Source: Alphaproteobacteria bacterium (GTDB lineage Bacteria; Pseudomonadota; Alphaproteobacteria; MPNO01). Taken from it: DNA of 64,000 nucleotides. Numbering within the stretch: the stretch's first letter is position 1; each line of letters opens with the position of its first letter. Shown piece after piece: positions 1 to 10,412 of the stretch. Made by a program: the position numbers and the translations under genes. The notes beneath the pieces were generated by a model. That model did not search any database. It worked only from the letters and a program-made list of their open reading frames with translations, and was not told where the DNA came from. The stretch lies in assembly GCA_964291675.2 (NCBI GenBank), contig OZ219866.1, forward strand, positions 3,520,001 through 3,584,000, written 5' to 3'.

Positions 1-216
1 GTCGGATGCCTCGCCTTCGTCTACTACTCGGTGCAGCTCTGGTACGAGGCGTTCGTGTTCCAGGAGCTCGACGATCGCGGCGCCTATTTCCCGCTCTGGA
101 CGCTCTACTTCCCGATGCCGTTCGGGTTCTTCCTGATGGCTGTCGAGTTCTTCCGCTACCTGATCGGGGTGGACGACATGTACGGCAGCCGGATGGACGT
201 GCGGGAAGGGGTGTAG
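1..216 (+). CDS. dctQ: TRAP transporter small permease (5' truncated by window edge)
   Basis: Open frame 1 from base 1; hydrophobic C-terminus 'PLWTLYFPMPFGFFLMAVEF' typical of DctQ; ends 3 nt before dctM. Confidence 0.8.
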   Translation, partial: VGCLAFVYYSVQLWYEAFVFQELDDRGAYFPLWTLYFPMPFGFFLMAVEFFRYLIGVDDMYGSRMDVREGV

Positions 217-219
217 GCC

Positions 220-1527
220 ATGGAATGGTACTGGGCCTTCGCCCTGCTGCTCGGCATGGTGATTTCCTTCATGGCGCTCGGCGTTCCGGTCGCGTTCTCG
301 TTCATCGCCACCAACTTCATCGCCGTCATCATCTTCGCCGGCACCTCGGGGATGATCCAGGTGGCCGACAACTCGACCCAGCTGATCACCCGGTTCATCC
401 TCGGCCCGGTGCCGATGTTCATCATGATGGGATCGCTGTTCTTCCATACCGGGCTCGCCATCCGGGTGTTCGACGGGCTGGACGCGATCTTCGGGCGGCT
501 GCCCGGGCGGCTGTGCTATCTCACCGTCGCCGGCGGCTCGATCTTCTCGACGCTGACCGGCTCGTCGATGGCCAACACGGCGATGCTGGGCTCGCTGATG
601 GTGCCGGAGATGAACCGGCGCGGCTACAGCAAGAAGATGTCGATGGGGCCGATCCTGGGGACCGGCGGGCTGGCGATGATCATCCCGCCCTCGGCGCTCG
701 GCGTGCTGCTCGCCGCCATCGCCGAGATCGACGTGGGCAGGCTGCTGGTCGCGGGCTTCCTGCCCGGCTTCCTGCTGGCGGGGCTCTACGCGGCGATGAT
801 CACGCTGCAGCTCGTGCGCAACCCGGGCTCGGCGCCGGCCTACGACGTGCCCTATATGAGCCTCGGCACCCGGCTCAGGATGGTGGCGACCAACATCCTG
901 CCGATGGGGCTGATCGTCTTCATGGTGGTCGGCTTCATCATCCTCGGCATCGCCACGCCGACCGAGGCGGCGGCCTGCGGCGTGCTCGGGGTGATCATCC
1001 TGGCCGCGCTGTTCCGCTCGCTCTCCTTCGCATCCACGAAGACCGCCGTCGAGGCGACCATCCGGGTCGCCGCGATGGTGTTCCTGATCCTGATGAACTC
1101 CACCGTGTTCAGCCAGATGCTGGCGTATTCGGGGGCGAGCCGGGGGCTGATCGAATGGGTGACCAGCTACGAGCTGCACCGGCTGATCATCCTGTTGATG
1201 ATGTTCTGCGTGCTGATCCTGCTCGGCATGTTCATGGACGCCACGTCGATGATGCTGATCACCGTGCCGATCTTCTTCCCGCTGGCGCATGCGCTCGGCT
1301 TCGACCTGATCTGGTACGGGCTGTTCGTGCTGATAACGATCGAGATGGCGGGGACCACCCCGCCATTCGGATTACTGCTCTACGTCATGCTGGGGGTCGC
1401 GCCCAAGGGCACGACCATCTTGCAGGTTGCCGGCGCCGCGTTTCCCTTCCTGGTCTGCGACGCGATCCTGATCCTGATCCTGGTCGCCTTCCCGGGCGTC
1501 GCGCTCTGGCTGCCCAGCCTGATGTGA
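220..1527 (+). CDS. dctM: TRAP transporter large permease
   Basis: 435 aa polytopic membrane protein; motifs TGSSMA, IIPPS, ATPTEAAA, TPPFGLLLY. Confidence 0.93.
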   Translation: MEWYWAFALLLGMVISFMALGVPVAFSFIATNFIAVIIFAGTSGMIQVADNSTQLITRFILGPVPMFIMMGSLFFHTGLAIRVFDGLDAIFGRLPGRLCYLTVAGGSIFSTLTGSSMANTAMLGSLMVPEMNRRGYSKKMSMGPILGTGGLAMIIPPSALGVLLAAIAEIDVGRLLVAGFLPGFLLAGLYAAMITLQLVRNPGSAPAYDVPYMSLGTRLRMVATNILPMGLIVFMVVGFIILGIATPTEAAACGVLGVIILAALFRSLSFASTKTAVEATIRVAAMVFLILMNSTVFSQMLAYSGASRGLIEWVTSYELHRLIILLMMFCVLILLGMFMDATSMMLITVPIFFPLAHALGFDLIWYGLFVLITIEMAGTTPPFGLLLYVMLGVAPKGTTILQVAGAAFPFLVCDAILILILVAFPGVALWLPSLM

Positions 1528-1549
1528 GGCGCGGCGGGGAGGCAGGCGA

Positions 1550-2722
1550 ATGAGCGATTCCGGCGGCTCCGGCTACGGCCGCAACGCGATCGTCCCCGAG
1601 GAGGACGCGCGGCTCACCCATGTGAGCTTCGGCACGCCGATGGGCGAGCTGATGCGGCGCTACTGGCACCCGGTCTGCCTGTCGTCCGAGCTCCGGGACC
1701 TGCCGAAATTCGCCAGGATCCTCGGCGAGGAGCTGGTCGCCTGGCGCGACAAGTCGGGGCGCGTCGGCGTGCTGGGCGCGCATTGCGCGCATCGCGGCAC
1801 CTCGCTCGAATACGGCCGCATCGAGGAGGACGGCATCCGCTGCTGCTATCACGGCTGGCTCTACGACCGCGAGGGCCGCTGCCTCGACCAGCCGGGCGAG
1901 CCGGCGCACAGCCGCTACAGGGACGAGGTTCGCCAGCCCTGGTACCCGGCCGAGGAGTACATGGGCCTGGTCTTCGCCTATATGGGGCCGCTCGAGAGGA
2001 AGCCGCTATTGCCGCGCTACGACATCCTGGAGGACGCGGGCGCGGAGTATCTCGCCTACCGCAACTACAGCCGAGGCGAGGTCGCGGCGTGCAACTGGCT
2101 GCAGCTCCAGGAGAACGCCGTCGACCCGGTGCACACCTACATCCTGCATGGCTGGAACCCCGGACTGTTCGAGTTCTCGGAGGTGATGTCGGTGCCGCCG
2201 CGCTTCGACTACGTCAATTCGGACCGCCACGTGTCCTATGTCCGCACCACCGATCTCGACAGCGGCTTCCGGCTGACCCGGATCTCCACCGTCTTCGTGC
2301 CGACCGCGCGGTCGGTGCCGCCGCCCGAGGTGACCGGCACCGACCCCGGGGAGACCGAGCGCGCGCGCATGGTGGGCTGGTGGGTGCCGGTCGACAACGA
2401 GAACACCATCGGCTTCCATGTCGAGCGCATCGACCCCGGCAAGAAGATCTTCCAGCCGCCGGACGCGCCGGTCGTGCGCGACTACGAGGCGACCCAGCGC
2501 GCGCCCGACGACTGGGAGGCACAGGTGAGCCAGCGGGCGATCGCGCGCCACGGGCTCGAGCATCTGGCGACGTCCGATCGCGGCGTCGTCATGTTCCGCC
2601 GCCGCCTGCGCGAGGCGATCGAGGCGATGGAACGCGGCGAGGACCCGCCCGGCATCGCCCGCGATCCGGCCGACCGGGTGGTCGAGGTCCCGTCGCGCAA
2701 CGAGGTGCTGGCGCCGGCGTAG
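1550..2722 (+). CDS. Rieske non-heme iron oxygenase alpha subunit (phthalate 4,5-dioxygenase-like)
   Basis: Rieske motif CAHRG...CCYHGW; Fe-site ENAVDPVHTYILH; N-terminal GTPMGELMRRYW and C-terminal EHLATSDRGV typical of the family. Confidence 0.9.
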   Translation: MSDSGGSGYGRNAIVPEEDARLTHVSFGTPMGELMRRYWHPVCLSSELRDLPKFARILGEELVAWRDKSGRVGVLGAHCAHRGTSLEYGRIEEDGIRCCYHGWLYDREGRCLDQPGEPAHSRYRDEVRQPWYPAEEYMGLVFAYMGPLERKPLLPRYDILEDAGAEYLAYRNYSRGEVAACNWLQLQENAVDPVHTYILHGWNPGLFEFSEVMSVPPRFDYVNSDRHVSYVRTTDLDSGFRLTRISTVFVPTARSVPPPEVTGTDPGETERARMVGWWVPVDNENTIGFHVERIDPGKKIFQPPDAPVVRDYEATQRAPDDWEAQVSQRAIARHGLEHLATSDRGVVMFRRRLREAIEAMERGEDPPGIARDPADRVVEVPSRNEVLAPA

Positions 2723-2824
2723 CGGGGTCGGCAAGGGCCGGCCCGGCGTCCCTCGATACGCTGCCCCGAGAGCCCGCGAAGCGGCATGTCGAAGGGCGCA
2801 CCGCCGCGAAATCCGCACCAAGAA

Positions 2825-2850
2825 AGACGCCGCCCCGGAGGGCGGCGTCT
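2825..2850 (-). terminator. Rho-independent terminator after dctP (possibly bidirectional)
   Basis: Perfect 11-bp stem AGACGCCGCCC-cgga-GGGCGGCGTCT followed by TTCTT on the minus strand; lies between convergent genes. Confidence 0.7.
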
Positions 2851-2884
2851 GCCGTTCGGCGTCAAGCCGGGCGCGACGGCGAAA

Positions 2885-3898
2885 TCAGCTTCCCGCCGCC
2901 TTGTACAGCTTGGACTTCAACTCGCTCAAGGGGACCGTGAATTTCTGTTGCTCGGCTTCGGCCCATTTCGCGCCGAGGATCGTCTGGATGTAGATCTTCG
3001 CGTGTTCGGGCGGGAGGTGGAAGTCCTGCACGCCCGCCTTGCGGATCTTCTCGTTGTCGATCTGCGCCTTCTTCTTGAGGAGCTGGCCGGAATTGTTCTC
3101 GTAGTGGAGCCCGGCGGCGAGAATCTGATTCTGGGCCTTCTCCGACAGGCTCTCGAACTTGTCCTTGTTCATCGTCGCCATGGTCGTCGAACGGAAGAAG
3201 CCCGGGAAGATCCGGTATTTGATGAAGCGCTGCCAGCCGCGGAAGGCGACCCCGCCCTCGGGCCAGGCAAGGCCCTGGACCGCGCCGCGTTCCAGCGCCG
3301 TGTAGACCTCGGCCGGATCGATCGTCTTCGGGATCGCGCCCATCGCCTTGAAGAACGCCGTGTAGAGGGCGGTCGAGCGCACCTTGAGGCCCCTGATGTC
3401 GAGCCCCGTCTCCTTGCTGAGCTTGGGCTTGTCGACCAGCCAGATCGAGAACTGCTCGGTGGTGTAGAAATTGCCCCAGCCGAGGATGATCGCGTTCGAC
3501 CGCTTGGCCCATGCCTCGGCGAAGATGTCGTAGCCGCCGTTCTTGCGCCATTCCTGCGGCGGGACGTTGGAGATCCCGGTCAGCTTCGCTTCGGGCTGTG
3601 CGGCGGAGTAGTAGGTCGACGGCGACATGATGATGTCGATGAGACCCCGTTTCAGCGCCGCGCCCTGCTTGCGGGGCGGCGTTACCTCCGGCCCGCCGAG
3701 ATATTTCAGCTTAACCTCGCTCTCGTCCTCCGCCATCTTCTTGACGAAGGTCTCGAGGAAGGCCTGCGACTGGTCGTGCTTCGTCCCCAGCGCCGTCGTC
3801 ACCTTGAGCTCGGTCGCCGCCTGGGCGGGCAGGGCGATCGCCGCCGCCGTCAGCGCCGCGACCCCGGCCGCGGCAAAGGATCCAAGGGTCGGTTTCAT
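2885..3898 (-). CDS. dctP: TRAP transporter substrate-binding protein
   Basis: Signal peptide MKPTLGSF...AQA; motifs GGPEV, GLKVR, EVYTALERGAVQG. Confidence 0.88.
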   Translation of the reverse strand: MKPTLGSFAAAGVAALTAAAIALPAQAATELKVTTALGTKHDQSQAFLETFVKKMAEDESEVKLKYLGGPEVTPPRKQGAALKRGLIDIIMSPSTYYSAAQPEAKLTGISNVPPQEWRKNGGYDIFAEAWAKRSNAIILGWGNFYTTEQFSIWLVDKPKLSKETGLDIRGLKVRSTALYTAFFKAMGAIPKTIDPAEVYTALERGAVQGLAWPEGGVAFRGWQRFIKYRIFPGFFRSTTMATMNKDKFESLSEKAQNQILAAGLHYENNSGQLLKKKAQIDNEKIRKAGVQDFHLPPEHAKIYIQTILGAKWAEAEQQKFTVPLSELKSKLYKAAGS

Positions 3899-4083
3899 CG
3901 GATGGCTGCTCCCTGTCGGTTGTCCTTCGAGACTCCGGCCCGCCCGCGCGACCGGGGGCCCGATTCCACCGCGCATACTAACAGCCGGCCGGCAGAGTGT
4001 AACCCGTCTCGGGAGGCCGCTTTTCGCTTCGCCGCGCGCGCCCGTCTATGATGCCCCGGGCCCCAACGGCGGAGCGAATAGCG

Positions 4084-5037
4084 ATGCAGAACCGGCACGT
4101 CTTCTACCCCGGCGAACCCCTGGAGGAGGGCGCGATGCGGGTCACCCTGCTCGGCACCGGCACGCCGTTCCCGCGCCGCGGGCAGGCGGCGGCCGGCATG
4201 TTCGTCGAGGCGGGGCCGCACAAAATGCTGCTCGACGTGGGTCCCGGGACGCCGGCCAACTTCACCTCGCTGCAGATCCCCTTCGACGAGGTGGACAAGA
4301 TCTTCCTCACCCACCACCACGTCGATCACATCGGCGGGCTCGACCAGTTCTGGATCGGCGGCTGGACCTACGGGCGGCGGCGGCCGCTCAGGGTCTGGGG
4401 CCCGCCCGGCACCGCCGACATCGTCGCCCATCTGCGCGGCATCTACGCATGGGACATCGAGACAAGGCGCCGGGTGTTCGATTCGCTCCAGGGCTCGGAG
4501 ATCGAGGCCGTCGACTACGGCGAGGGCGCGATCTGGGAAGACGACGGCATCCGCGTGACCGCCTTCGAGGTCGTCCACACCCCGCCGCACAACACCTTCG
4601 GCTTGCGCATCGACCATGCCGGACGGTCGATGGTGTTCTCCGGCGACACCAAGAAATGCGAGGCGCTGATCGCCCGGGCGAGCGGCGTCGACCTGCTGAT
4701 CCACGAGGCGTTCCCGCCGGTCGAGGTCTATGCCGACAAGGCGGGCAGGCCGATCGAGCTCGCCCGCATCATCGCCGAGGAGGTCCACACCGCGCCGCGC
4801 GAGGTGGGCGAGGTGCTGGCCGCGTCCCGGCCCCGGCTCGGCGTGATCTACCACATGTACAACAACGACGACGTCATCGGCCCCGCCCTCGCCCAGGTCA
4901 GGGAGGGCTATGACGGGCGGGTCGAGATCGGCTACGACCTGATGGTGATCGACATCGCCGACGAGATACGGGTGCGCCCGGCCGCGGTCTCCGACAAGCC
5001 CTGGCCGGTGCGCCGCGACCGCCCGGCGGGCCATTGA
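4084..5037 (+). CDS. Metallo-beta-lactamase-fold hydrolase (RNase Z/AtsA-ElaC family)
   Basis: LLGTGTP, THHHVDH (HxHxDH), FSGDT, LIHE motifs. Confidence 0.85.
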   Translation: MQNRHVFYPGEPLEEGAMRVTLLGTGTPFPRRGQAAAGMFVEAGPHKMLLDVGPGTPANFTSLQIPFDEVDKIFLTHHHVDHIGGLDQFWIGGWTYGRRRPLRVWGPPGTADIVAHLRGIYAWDIETRRRVFDSLQGSEIEAVDYGEGAIWEDDGIRVTAFEVVHTPPHNTFGLRIDHAGRSMVFSGDTKKCEALIARASGVDLLIHEAFPPVEVYADKAGRPIELARIIAEEVHTAPREVGEVLAASRPRLGVIYHMYNNDDVIGPALAQVREGYDGRVEIGYDLMVIDIADEIRVRPAAVSDKPWPVRRDRPAGH

Positions 5038-5061
5038 GGCGGCGCGGCGCTCCCCCATCCC

Positions 5062-5188
5062 GTCATGGCCCGACTTGATCCGGCCACCCATGCGGCACCT
5101 CCGCACGCGAGGCGGTCGGGCGGGAGAGGCGGCGGCGCCAGTGGGTGCCCGGATCACCCCCGGACTCGATCCGGGGGCCGGGCATGAC
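5062..5188. repeat. REP-like palindromic repeat pair (family A, GTCATG-CCGGACTTGATCCGG-)
   Basis: GTCATGGCCCGACTTGATCCGGCCACCCA ... GGGTGCCCGGATCA-CCCCCGGACTCGATCCGGGGG-CCGGGCATGAC. Confidence 0.85.
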
Positions 5189-5289
5189 GTGGCAGAGGGC
5201 ATGACGCGGGGGAAGGGACGCCTACCCGGTACGAGGGAATTCGCCCGGGGCATCCCCGCAGGGCCCCTATCGAAGGACGGCCTCCGGCG

Positions 5290-6111
5290 TCAGCGTCCGG
5301 TGAAGGAGGGCGTGCGCTTGTCGAGGAAGGCGGCGATGCCCTCGGCGAAGTCCTCGCCCGCGGCGCAGTCGGCGAACGCGGCGGCTTCGGCGTCGAGCTG
5401 GTCGTCGAGCGAGCGTCGGGCGGAGGCGTTCAAGAGCGCCTTGGCGTTGGCATAGGCGCGGGTCGGGCCCGCCGCCAGGCATCGCGCGAGCCCGTCGACC
5501 GCGGACTCGAACTCGGCCTCGGCGACGACGCGGTTGACCAGCCCCATCGCCTTCGCCTCCTCGGCGCCGAAGCGCTCGCCGAGATAGGCCATCTCGAAGC
5601 TGCGCTTGAGCCCGACCGAGCGCGGCAGGGTATAGGTCGACGACCCGTCGGGGCTGACCCCGATATGGCAATAGGCGAGGGTGAAGAAGGCGTTCTCGCT
5701 CGCCACCGCGAGGTCGCAGGCGGACATCAGGCTCATCCCGAACCCGGCCACCGCGCCGTGCACCGCCGCGATCGCCGGCTTGGGCATCGACCGGATCGCC
5801 CGGATCGTGGGATGGACGCGGTGGACGAAGGATTCGAAATGCGTGCGCCGGTCCTCCCCCTCGGGAATCTCCGCGAGCCAGGCGCGGAACGCGGCGATGT
5901 CGCCGCCGGCCATGAAGTGGTCGCCCGCGCCGCGGACCAGGACGCAGCGGATTGCCGCGTCCGCCGCCGCCGCTTCGGTCACCGCATGGAGCGCCGCCGC
6001 CATGTCGCCGTCGATCGCGTTCAGGGATTGCGGCCGCGACAGGGTTACGGTGCACACGCCGTCGGCGACGGCGGCCTCGACGGTATCGTTCGGCGAACGG
6101 ATCATCTCCAC
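5290..6111 (-). CDS. Enoyl-CoA hydratase/isomerase (crotonase family)
   Basis: FMAGGDI, PKPAIAAVHGAVAGFG, GVSPDG, EGIAAFLDKRTPSFTGR. Confidence 0.92.
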   Translation of the reverse strand: MEMIRSPNDTVEAAVADGVCTVTLSRPQSLNAIDGDMAAALHAVTEAAAADAAIRCVLVRGAGDHFMAGGDIAAFRAWLAEIPEGEDRRTHFESFVHRVHPTIRAIRSMPKPAIAAVHGAVAGFGMSLMSACDLAVASENAFFTLAYCHIGVSPDGSSTYTLPRSVGLKRSFEMAYLGERFGAEEAKAMGLVNRVVAEAEFESAVDGLARCLAAGPTRAYANAKALLNASARRSLDDQLDAEAAAFADCAAGEDFAEGIAAFLDKRTPSFTGR

Positions 6112-6216
6112 TCCTGCACGTGGGTCGCGGGAAGGCGGGAGAGCCCGAATCTAGGGAAGCCCCGCCCGGGACGCCAGAGGGCGCACGGGCCGGATCGGCC
6201 CGCGGACGCCCGACCG

Positions 6217-7689
6217 CTACCGGGTGAATTCGGCGAAGCGCTTGCTCTTGATATTGGCGAGCCGCTCTTCGAGCGTACCCCGATAGGCCTCGAACGCGGC
6301 GAGATCCGCGCCCTTGAGACGGATCTGCGGCGGCATGGAGACCGACAGCGGGTTGACCTGCCGCCCGTCGACCAGGATCTCGTAGTGAAGATGCGGGCCG
6401 GTCGACCGTCCGGTCGAGCCGACATAGCCGATCACCTGCCCCTGGCGCACATTCGCGCCCCGGCGAATGCCGCGCCTGAGCGCCCGCATATGCGCGTAAG
6501 CCGTCTGGTAGCGGCTGTTGTGGCGGATGCGGACATAGATCCCGTAGCTGCCGTTGCGCCCGGCATAGGCCACCCGGCCGTCGCCCGCGGCATAGATCGG
6601 CGTGCCGGACCGCGCGGCGAAGTCGACCCCGCGATGCATCCTCGTGTAGCCGAGGATCGGGTGGCGCCGCTTGCCGTATTTCGACGACAGCCGCGCGCCG
6701 TCGATCGGGGTGCGCATCAGGGGCTTGCGCGCGCCGGCCCCGTCGCGGTTGAAATAGTCGGTGCCGTGCCGTCCGGTGAAGCGGAAGAGCTCGAGCTTCC
6801 TGCCGCGCAGGGTGAGCGAGCCGTAGACCATGTCGCCATGGTCGACGAACGCGCCTTCCGGGGTGTGCAGCGTCTCCCAGGCCACGTCGAAGCTGTCGCC
6901 GGCGCGAATCTCGCGCTGAAAGTCGACATCCCAGCTAAAGATCCGAACGAGCTGGAGCAGGACCGGAATCGGCAGGTCCTGCTTTTCCGCCGCGCGGTAG
7001 AGCGAGGACGAGATCTCCCCGCCGGTGCGGGCGAGCCGGGTCTCGGTCCGCACATCGACCTTGCGGGCGGCGAACGCGCTTCCCCGGCGTTCGACGGCGA
7101 TCGCGGTCGTCGGACCGGTGGCGAGCTTCGCCCCGCGCAGCCGGATCCCGCGATCCTCGAAGGCCGGGTCGCTCGCGAGATAGGCGATCGTCAGCTTCTG
7201 CCCGGGCCGGATGCGGCGCGGGTCGTAGACCTTGCGCATGGCCTCGATCGCCGCCGCCGCCTGGTTCCTCGGAATGCCGGCGCGCAGGTAGAGGAGCATC
7301 AGCGTATCGCCGCTGCCCACCTCCAGCGTCCGTTCCTCGACGCTGCGGCTCGCGTCGCGGACGCCGGGGCTCGCCAGCAGGGCGAGATCCACCGCCGCCT
7401 CGGCCTCGCGCTCCCATTCCTCGATCGCGTGTTGGGGGTAGGGGGCCTCTTTCGGGGCCGGTGCCTCCGTCGCGCGCTCCACGACCGACGGAAACGGATC
7501 GACGACGTACACCGCCGCGGCAAGGACTCCGACGATACCACTCACGACCGCCACTCTCGAAACCGCAGACCCCACCCGCCGGCGCCAACGGCGCCGCTTC
7601 GCACGGTCATGCCCTGAAGATGCGCTAGCCACGCGAATCGAACACTGTCGGCTCAGCTTTCTCGCAGTCTCCGAGCATGCCGGACTCAC
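6217..7689 (-). CDS. M23 family peptidoglycan DD-endopeptidase (MepM-like); true start probably downstream of 7689
   Basis: HRGVDFAA, YAHM, STGPHLHYE; N-terminal membrane anchor and 'GDTL' LysM-like region; FSWDVDF. Confidence 0.88.
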   Translation of the reverse strand: MSPACSETARKLSRQCSIRVASASSGHDRAKRRRWRRRVGSAVSRVAVVSGIVGVLAAAVYVVDPFPSVVERATEAPAPKEAPYPQHAIEEWEREAEAAVDLALLASPGVRDASRSVEERTLEVGSGDTLMLLYLRAGIPRNQAAAAIEAMRKVYDPRRIRPGQKLTIAYLASDPAFEDRGIRLRGAKLATGPTTAIAVERRGSAFAARKVDVRTETRLARTGGEISSSLYRAAEKQDLPIPVLLQLVRIFSWDVDFQREIRAGDSFDVAWETLHTPEGAFVDHGDMVYGSLTLRGRKLELFRFTGRHGTDYFNRDGAGARKPLMRTPIDGARLSSKYGKRRHPILGYTRMHRGVDFAARSGTPIYAAGDGRVAYAGRNGSYGIYVRIRHNSRYQTAYAHMRALRRGIRRGANVRQGQVIGYVGSTGRSTGPHLHYEILVDGRQVNPLSVSMPPQIRLKGADLAAFEAYRGTLEERLANIKSKRFAEFTR

Positions 7690-7784
7690 CTTCCCGTTGT
7701 CAAGCCGAAGCCGGCAAACGGGCGCCGAATCAACGGCCTAGAGTCCTGCTTCGGAGCTTCCATGCCGCGCGGACGGCGGACGGC

Positions 7785-8113
7785 GTGGATGGCCGGAACA
7801 AGTCCGGCCATCACGGGGCGGGGACGCCGGCGTCCGGCGTGCGTCCTTCGGCCCTCCCACGTCGTGGCCGGACTTGCTCCACTGCCGTCCTGTCTGGATT
7901 TTCGACCGGGCTCCGCACCGATGAGCATCGACATCTCCGCCCCCGCTGTCACCCCTGTACCCTCGTCATGCCGGGCCCCCGGATCAAGTCCGGGGGTGAT
8001 CCGGGCACCAACAGGCGCCGCCCGCACAACGCCATGTCGGGAGAGGCGCCAGTGGGTGCCGGCAGGGAGAGGCGGTTGCGGCAGTGGGTGCCCGGATCGA
8101 GTCCGGGCATGAC
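7785..8113. repeat. Cluster of family A REP-like palindromes
   Basis: Units at about 7785, 7861, 7966 (with nested CCCCGGATCAAGTCCGGGG) and 8085-8113. Confidence 0.8.
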
Positions 8114-8214
8114 GGGGGGGTGGAGCGGCGGGGAGAAGGAGCGGGGGCCGGGCGTCACGTGGGGGTGGGAGCAGCGGGGGGAAGGACCGGGGCCGGGCAT
8201 CGCGTGGGCGGCCG

Positions 8215-9664
8215 GGTCGTGTCCCCAGACGTGGTGTAGGAGCTCTGGCTTCGGTTTGTAGCTGTGGGTAAGCAGCGCGCCGCCGCGACCGCCGCGAGTC
8301 TGGCGGCGGCGGGCTGCTTATCCACAGCGGAGGCCATCGCGGTTCCGGTTTAGGGTTGGGTCGTGCAACGCCAACCCGAACCTGAGGAGGAACCGCGATG
8401 ACCGACGACATGATGGCCCTGCGCGGGCTTTTGGAGAAGAGTTCCGACGCCGATCTGCTGCGCGAGATGATCGGCTTCTCGGCCGAGCGTCTGATGGCGC
8501 TGGAGGTGGAAGGGCTGACCGGCGCCGCCCATGGCGAGCGCACGCCGGAGCGGATCACGCAGCGCAACGGCTACCGCGAGCGGGCCTGGGAGACCCGCGC
8601 CGGCACGGTGGCGCTGAGGATCCCGAAGCTCAGGACGGGGAGCTACTTCCCCGGCTTCCTGGAACCGCGCCGGATGGCCGAGAAGGCACTCACGGCGGTG
8701 ATCCAGGAGGCCTACATCCAGGGCGTGTCGACGCGCTCGGTCGACGACCTGGTGCAGGCGATGGGCATGTCGGGCATCTCCAAGAGCCAGGTGTCCAGGC
8801 TGTGCGCCGAGATCGACGACAAGATCGAGAGCTTCCTCGACCGGCCGCTGGAGGGCGAGTGGCCCTATCTGTGGCTGGATGCGACCTATATCAAGATGCG
8901 CGAGATCGGGCGCATCGTCTCGGTCGCGGTGACCGTCGCGGTGGCGGTCAACGACCAGGGCCGGCGCGAGGTGCTCGGCATGGCGATCGGCCACTCCGAG
9001 GCCGAGACCTTCTGGACCGCCTTCCTGCGCGCGCTGACCGGCCGCGGGCTCAAGGGCGTCAAGCTGGTGATCTCCGACGACCACAAGGGGTTGAAGGCCG
9101 CCGCGACCCGCATCCTCGGCGCCACCTGGCAGCGCTGCCGCATCCACTTCATGCGCAACCTGCTGGCCCATGCCGGCCGTCAGGGAAGGCGCGTCGTGTC
9201 TGCCTTCGTCGCCACCGCCTTCGCCCAGGACGACGCCCAGGCCGCGAGCGCCCAGTGGCGCCTGGTCGCCGACCAGCTCAGGCCCAAGGCGCCCAAGCTC
9301 GCCACCCTCATGGACGACGCCGAGCACGACGTCCTCGCCTACATGACCTTCCCCAGGGAGCACCGAACCAAGCTCCACTCGACCAACCCCATCGAGCGGG
9401 TCCATGCCGAGATCAAGCGCCGAACCAACGTCGTCGGCATCTTCCCCAACGAAGACGCCGTCACCCGCCTGGTCGGCGCCATCCTGCTCGAGCAGAACGA
9501 CGAGTGGGCCGTCGCAAGGAGATACATGACACTGGAATCCATCGCTCAGACCAGCGACAATCTCACCGTCAAGCCGCCCGCCGTGGCAGCCTGACCCTAC
9601 CGGCCCAACACGCCGGATACCGCGATCGGCGCCGGGCTCTTACACCACGTGGCGGGACACGATC
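8215..9664 (+). mobile_element. IS256-family insertion sequence
   Basis: ~29-bp imperfect TIRs GGTCGTGTCCCCAGACGTGGTGTAGGAGC / GCTCTTACACCACGTGGCGGGACACGATC around the transposase; no clear TSD. Confidence 0.88.
8398..9594 (+). CDS. IS256 family transposase
   Basis: [46 protein letters not shown]; RBS GAGGAGG. Confidence 0.96.
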   Translation: MTDDMMALRGLLEKSSDADLLREMIGFSAERLMALEVEGLTGAAHGERTPERITQRNGYRERAWETRAGTVALRIPKLRTGSYFPGFLEPRRMAEKALTAVIQEAYIQGVSTRSVDDLVQAMGMSGISKSQVSRLCAEIDDKIESFLDRPLEGEWPYLWLDATYIKMREIGRIVSVAVTVAVAVNDQGRREVLGMAIGHSEAETFWTAFLRALTGRGLKGVKLVISDDHKGLKAAATRILGATWQRCRIHFMRNLLAHAGRQGRRVVSAFVATAFAQDDAQAASAQWRLVADQLRPKAPKLATLMDDAEHDVLAYMTFPREHRTKLHSTNPIERVHAEIKRRTNVVGIFPNEDAVTRLVGAILLEQNDEWAVARRYMTLESIAQTSDNLTVKPPAVAA

Positions 9665-9735
9665 TGCGGCGGCGCGGCCGGAAGGTCCGACGGCCCCCAC
9701 GCCCCACGCCTCGCCCCCTCATCATTCCCCCCCTC

Positions 9736-9865
9736 GTCATGCCCGGACTTGATCCGGGCATCCACTGGCGCCGCCGCTCCTCCCGACGGGGCGTTGTACC
9801 GGTGGCGCCAGTGGTTGCGCGGATCAAGTCCGCGCATGGGTGGCCGGATCAAGTCCGGCCATGAC
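9736..9865. repeat. Family A REP-like inverted pair
   Basis: GTCATGCCCGGACTTGATCCGGGCATCCAC ... GGGTGGCCGGATCAAGTCCGGCCATGAC. Confidence 0.85.
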
Positions 9866-10148
9866 GGGGTGGGGGTGGCGGTGGAGAAGCACGGGAGCCG
9901 GGTGCGGACCGCCCCGCCCGTGGGTGCCCGGAACGAGGCCGGGGTGACAACGGAGGGGCAGGGACGGCAAGTGCGGGCGTGCGGCGATCCGTGTCCCGAT
10001 CCGGCGGATGCGCCGATAACCCGCCCGGAACAAGGCTTTGCGCCGGTCCAGCTCACATAAACCGTCATGGTCTCGGCGGTGCTGAGCCACCCCGTGGCAT
10101 GAAACTCGGGGCGTTCGGCTGAGGGTTTGCCGATCGTCGCGCGGGTCT

Positions 10149-10367
10149 GCCGTGGCAGGATGGGAACGGTGGAGGCGGCGACGCGTGAGCGTTCCGTTTA
10201 TCGGTGATGTGGTTCCCGAGATATAAACTGCTTCCGGCGGTCGGCTCCGCACCCCGTACTGTGCCCGGCCCGCGGCCGTGGACGCGCGGCAAATCGAACC
10301 GCACCCGCTCGACGGGTGCGTGTCCTTCCGACCGCTGTCCCCGCCTCCACCGTGGCGATGCCACGGC
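10149..10367 (+). ncRNA. Candidate IS110 bridge RNA
   Basis: Nested perfect stems: 10149-10157/10359-10367 (9 bp), 10166-10178/10341-10353 (13 bp), 10237-10244/10328-10335 (8 bp); located upstream of the IS110 recombinase as in known IS110-group elements. Confidence 0.6.
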
Positions 10368-10412
10368 GCGATCCTACGCCGCCGTGGCGAGAGCGCAACG
10401 AGGAGGACAGCG

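Noticed and set aside
8201-9680. Target-site duplication for IS256
   Set aside because: No matching 8-9-bp direct repeat at the inferred ends.
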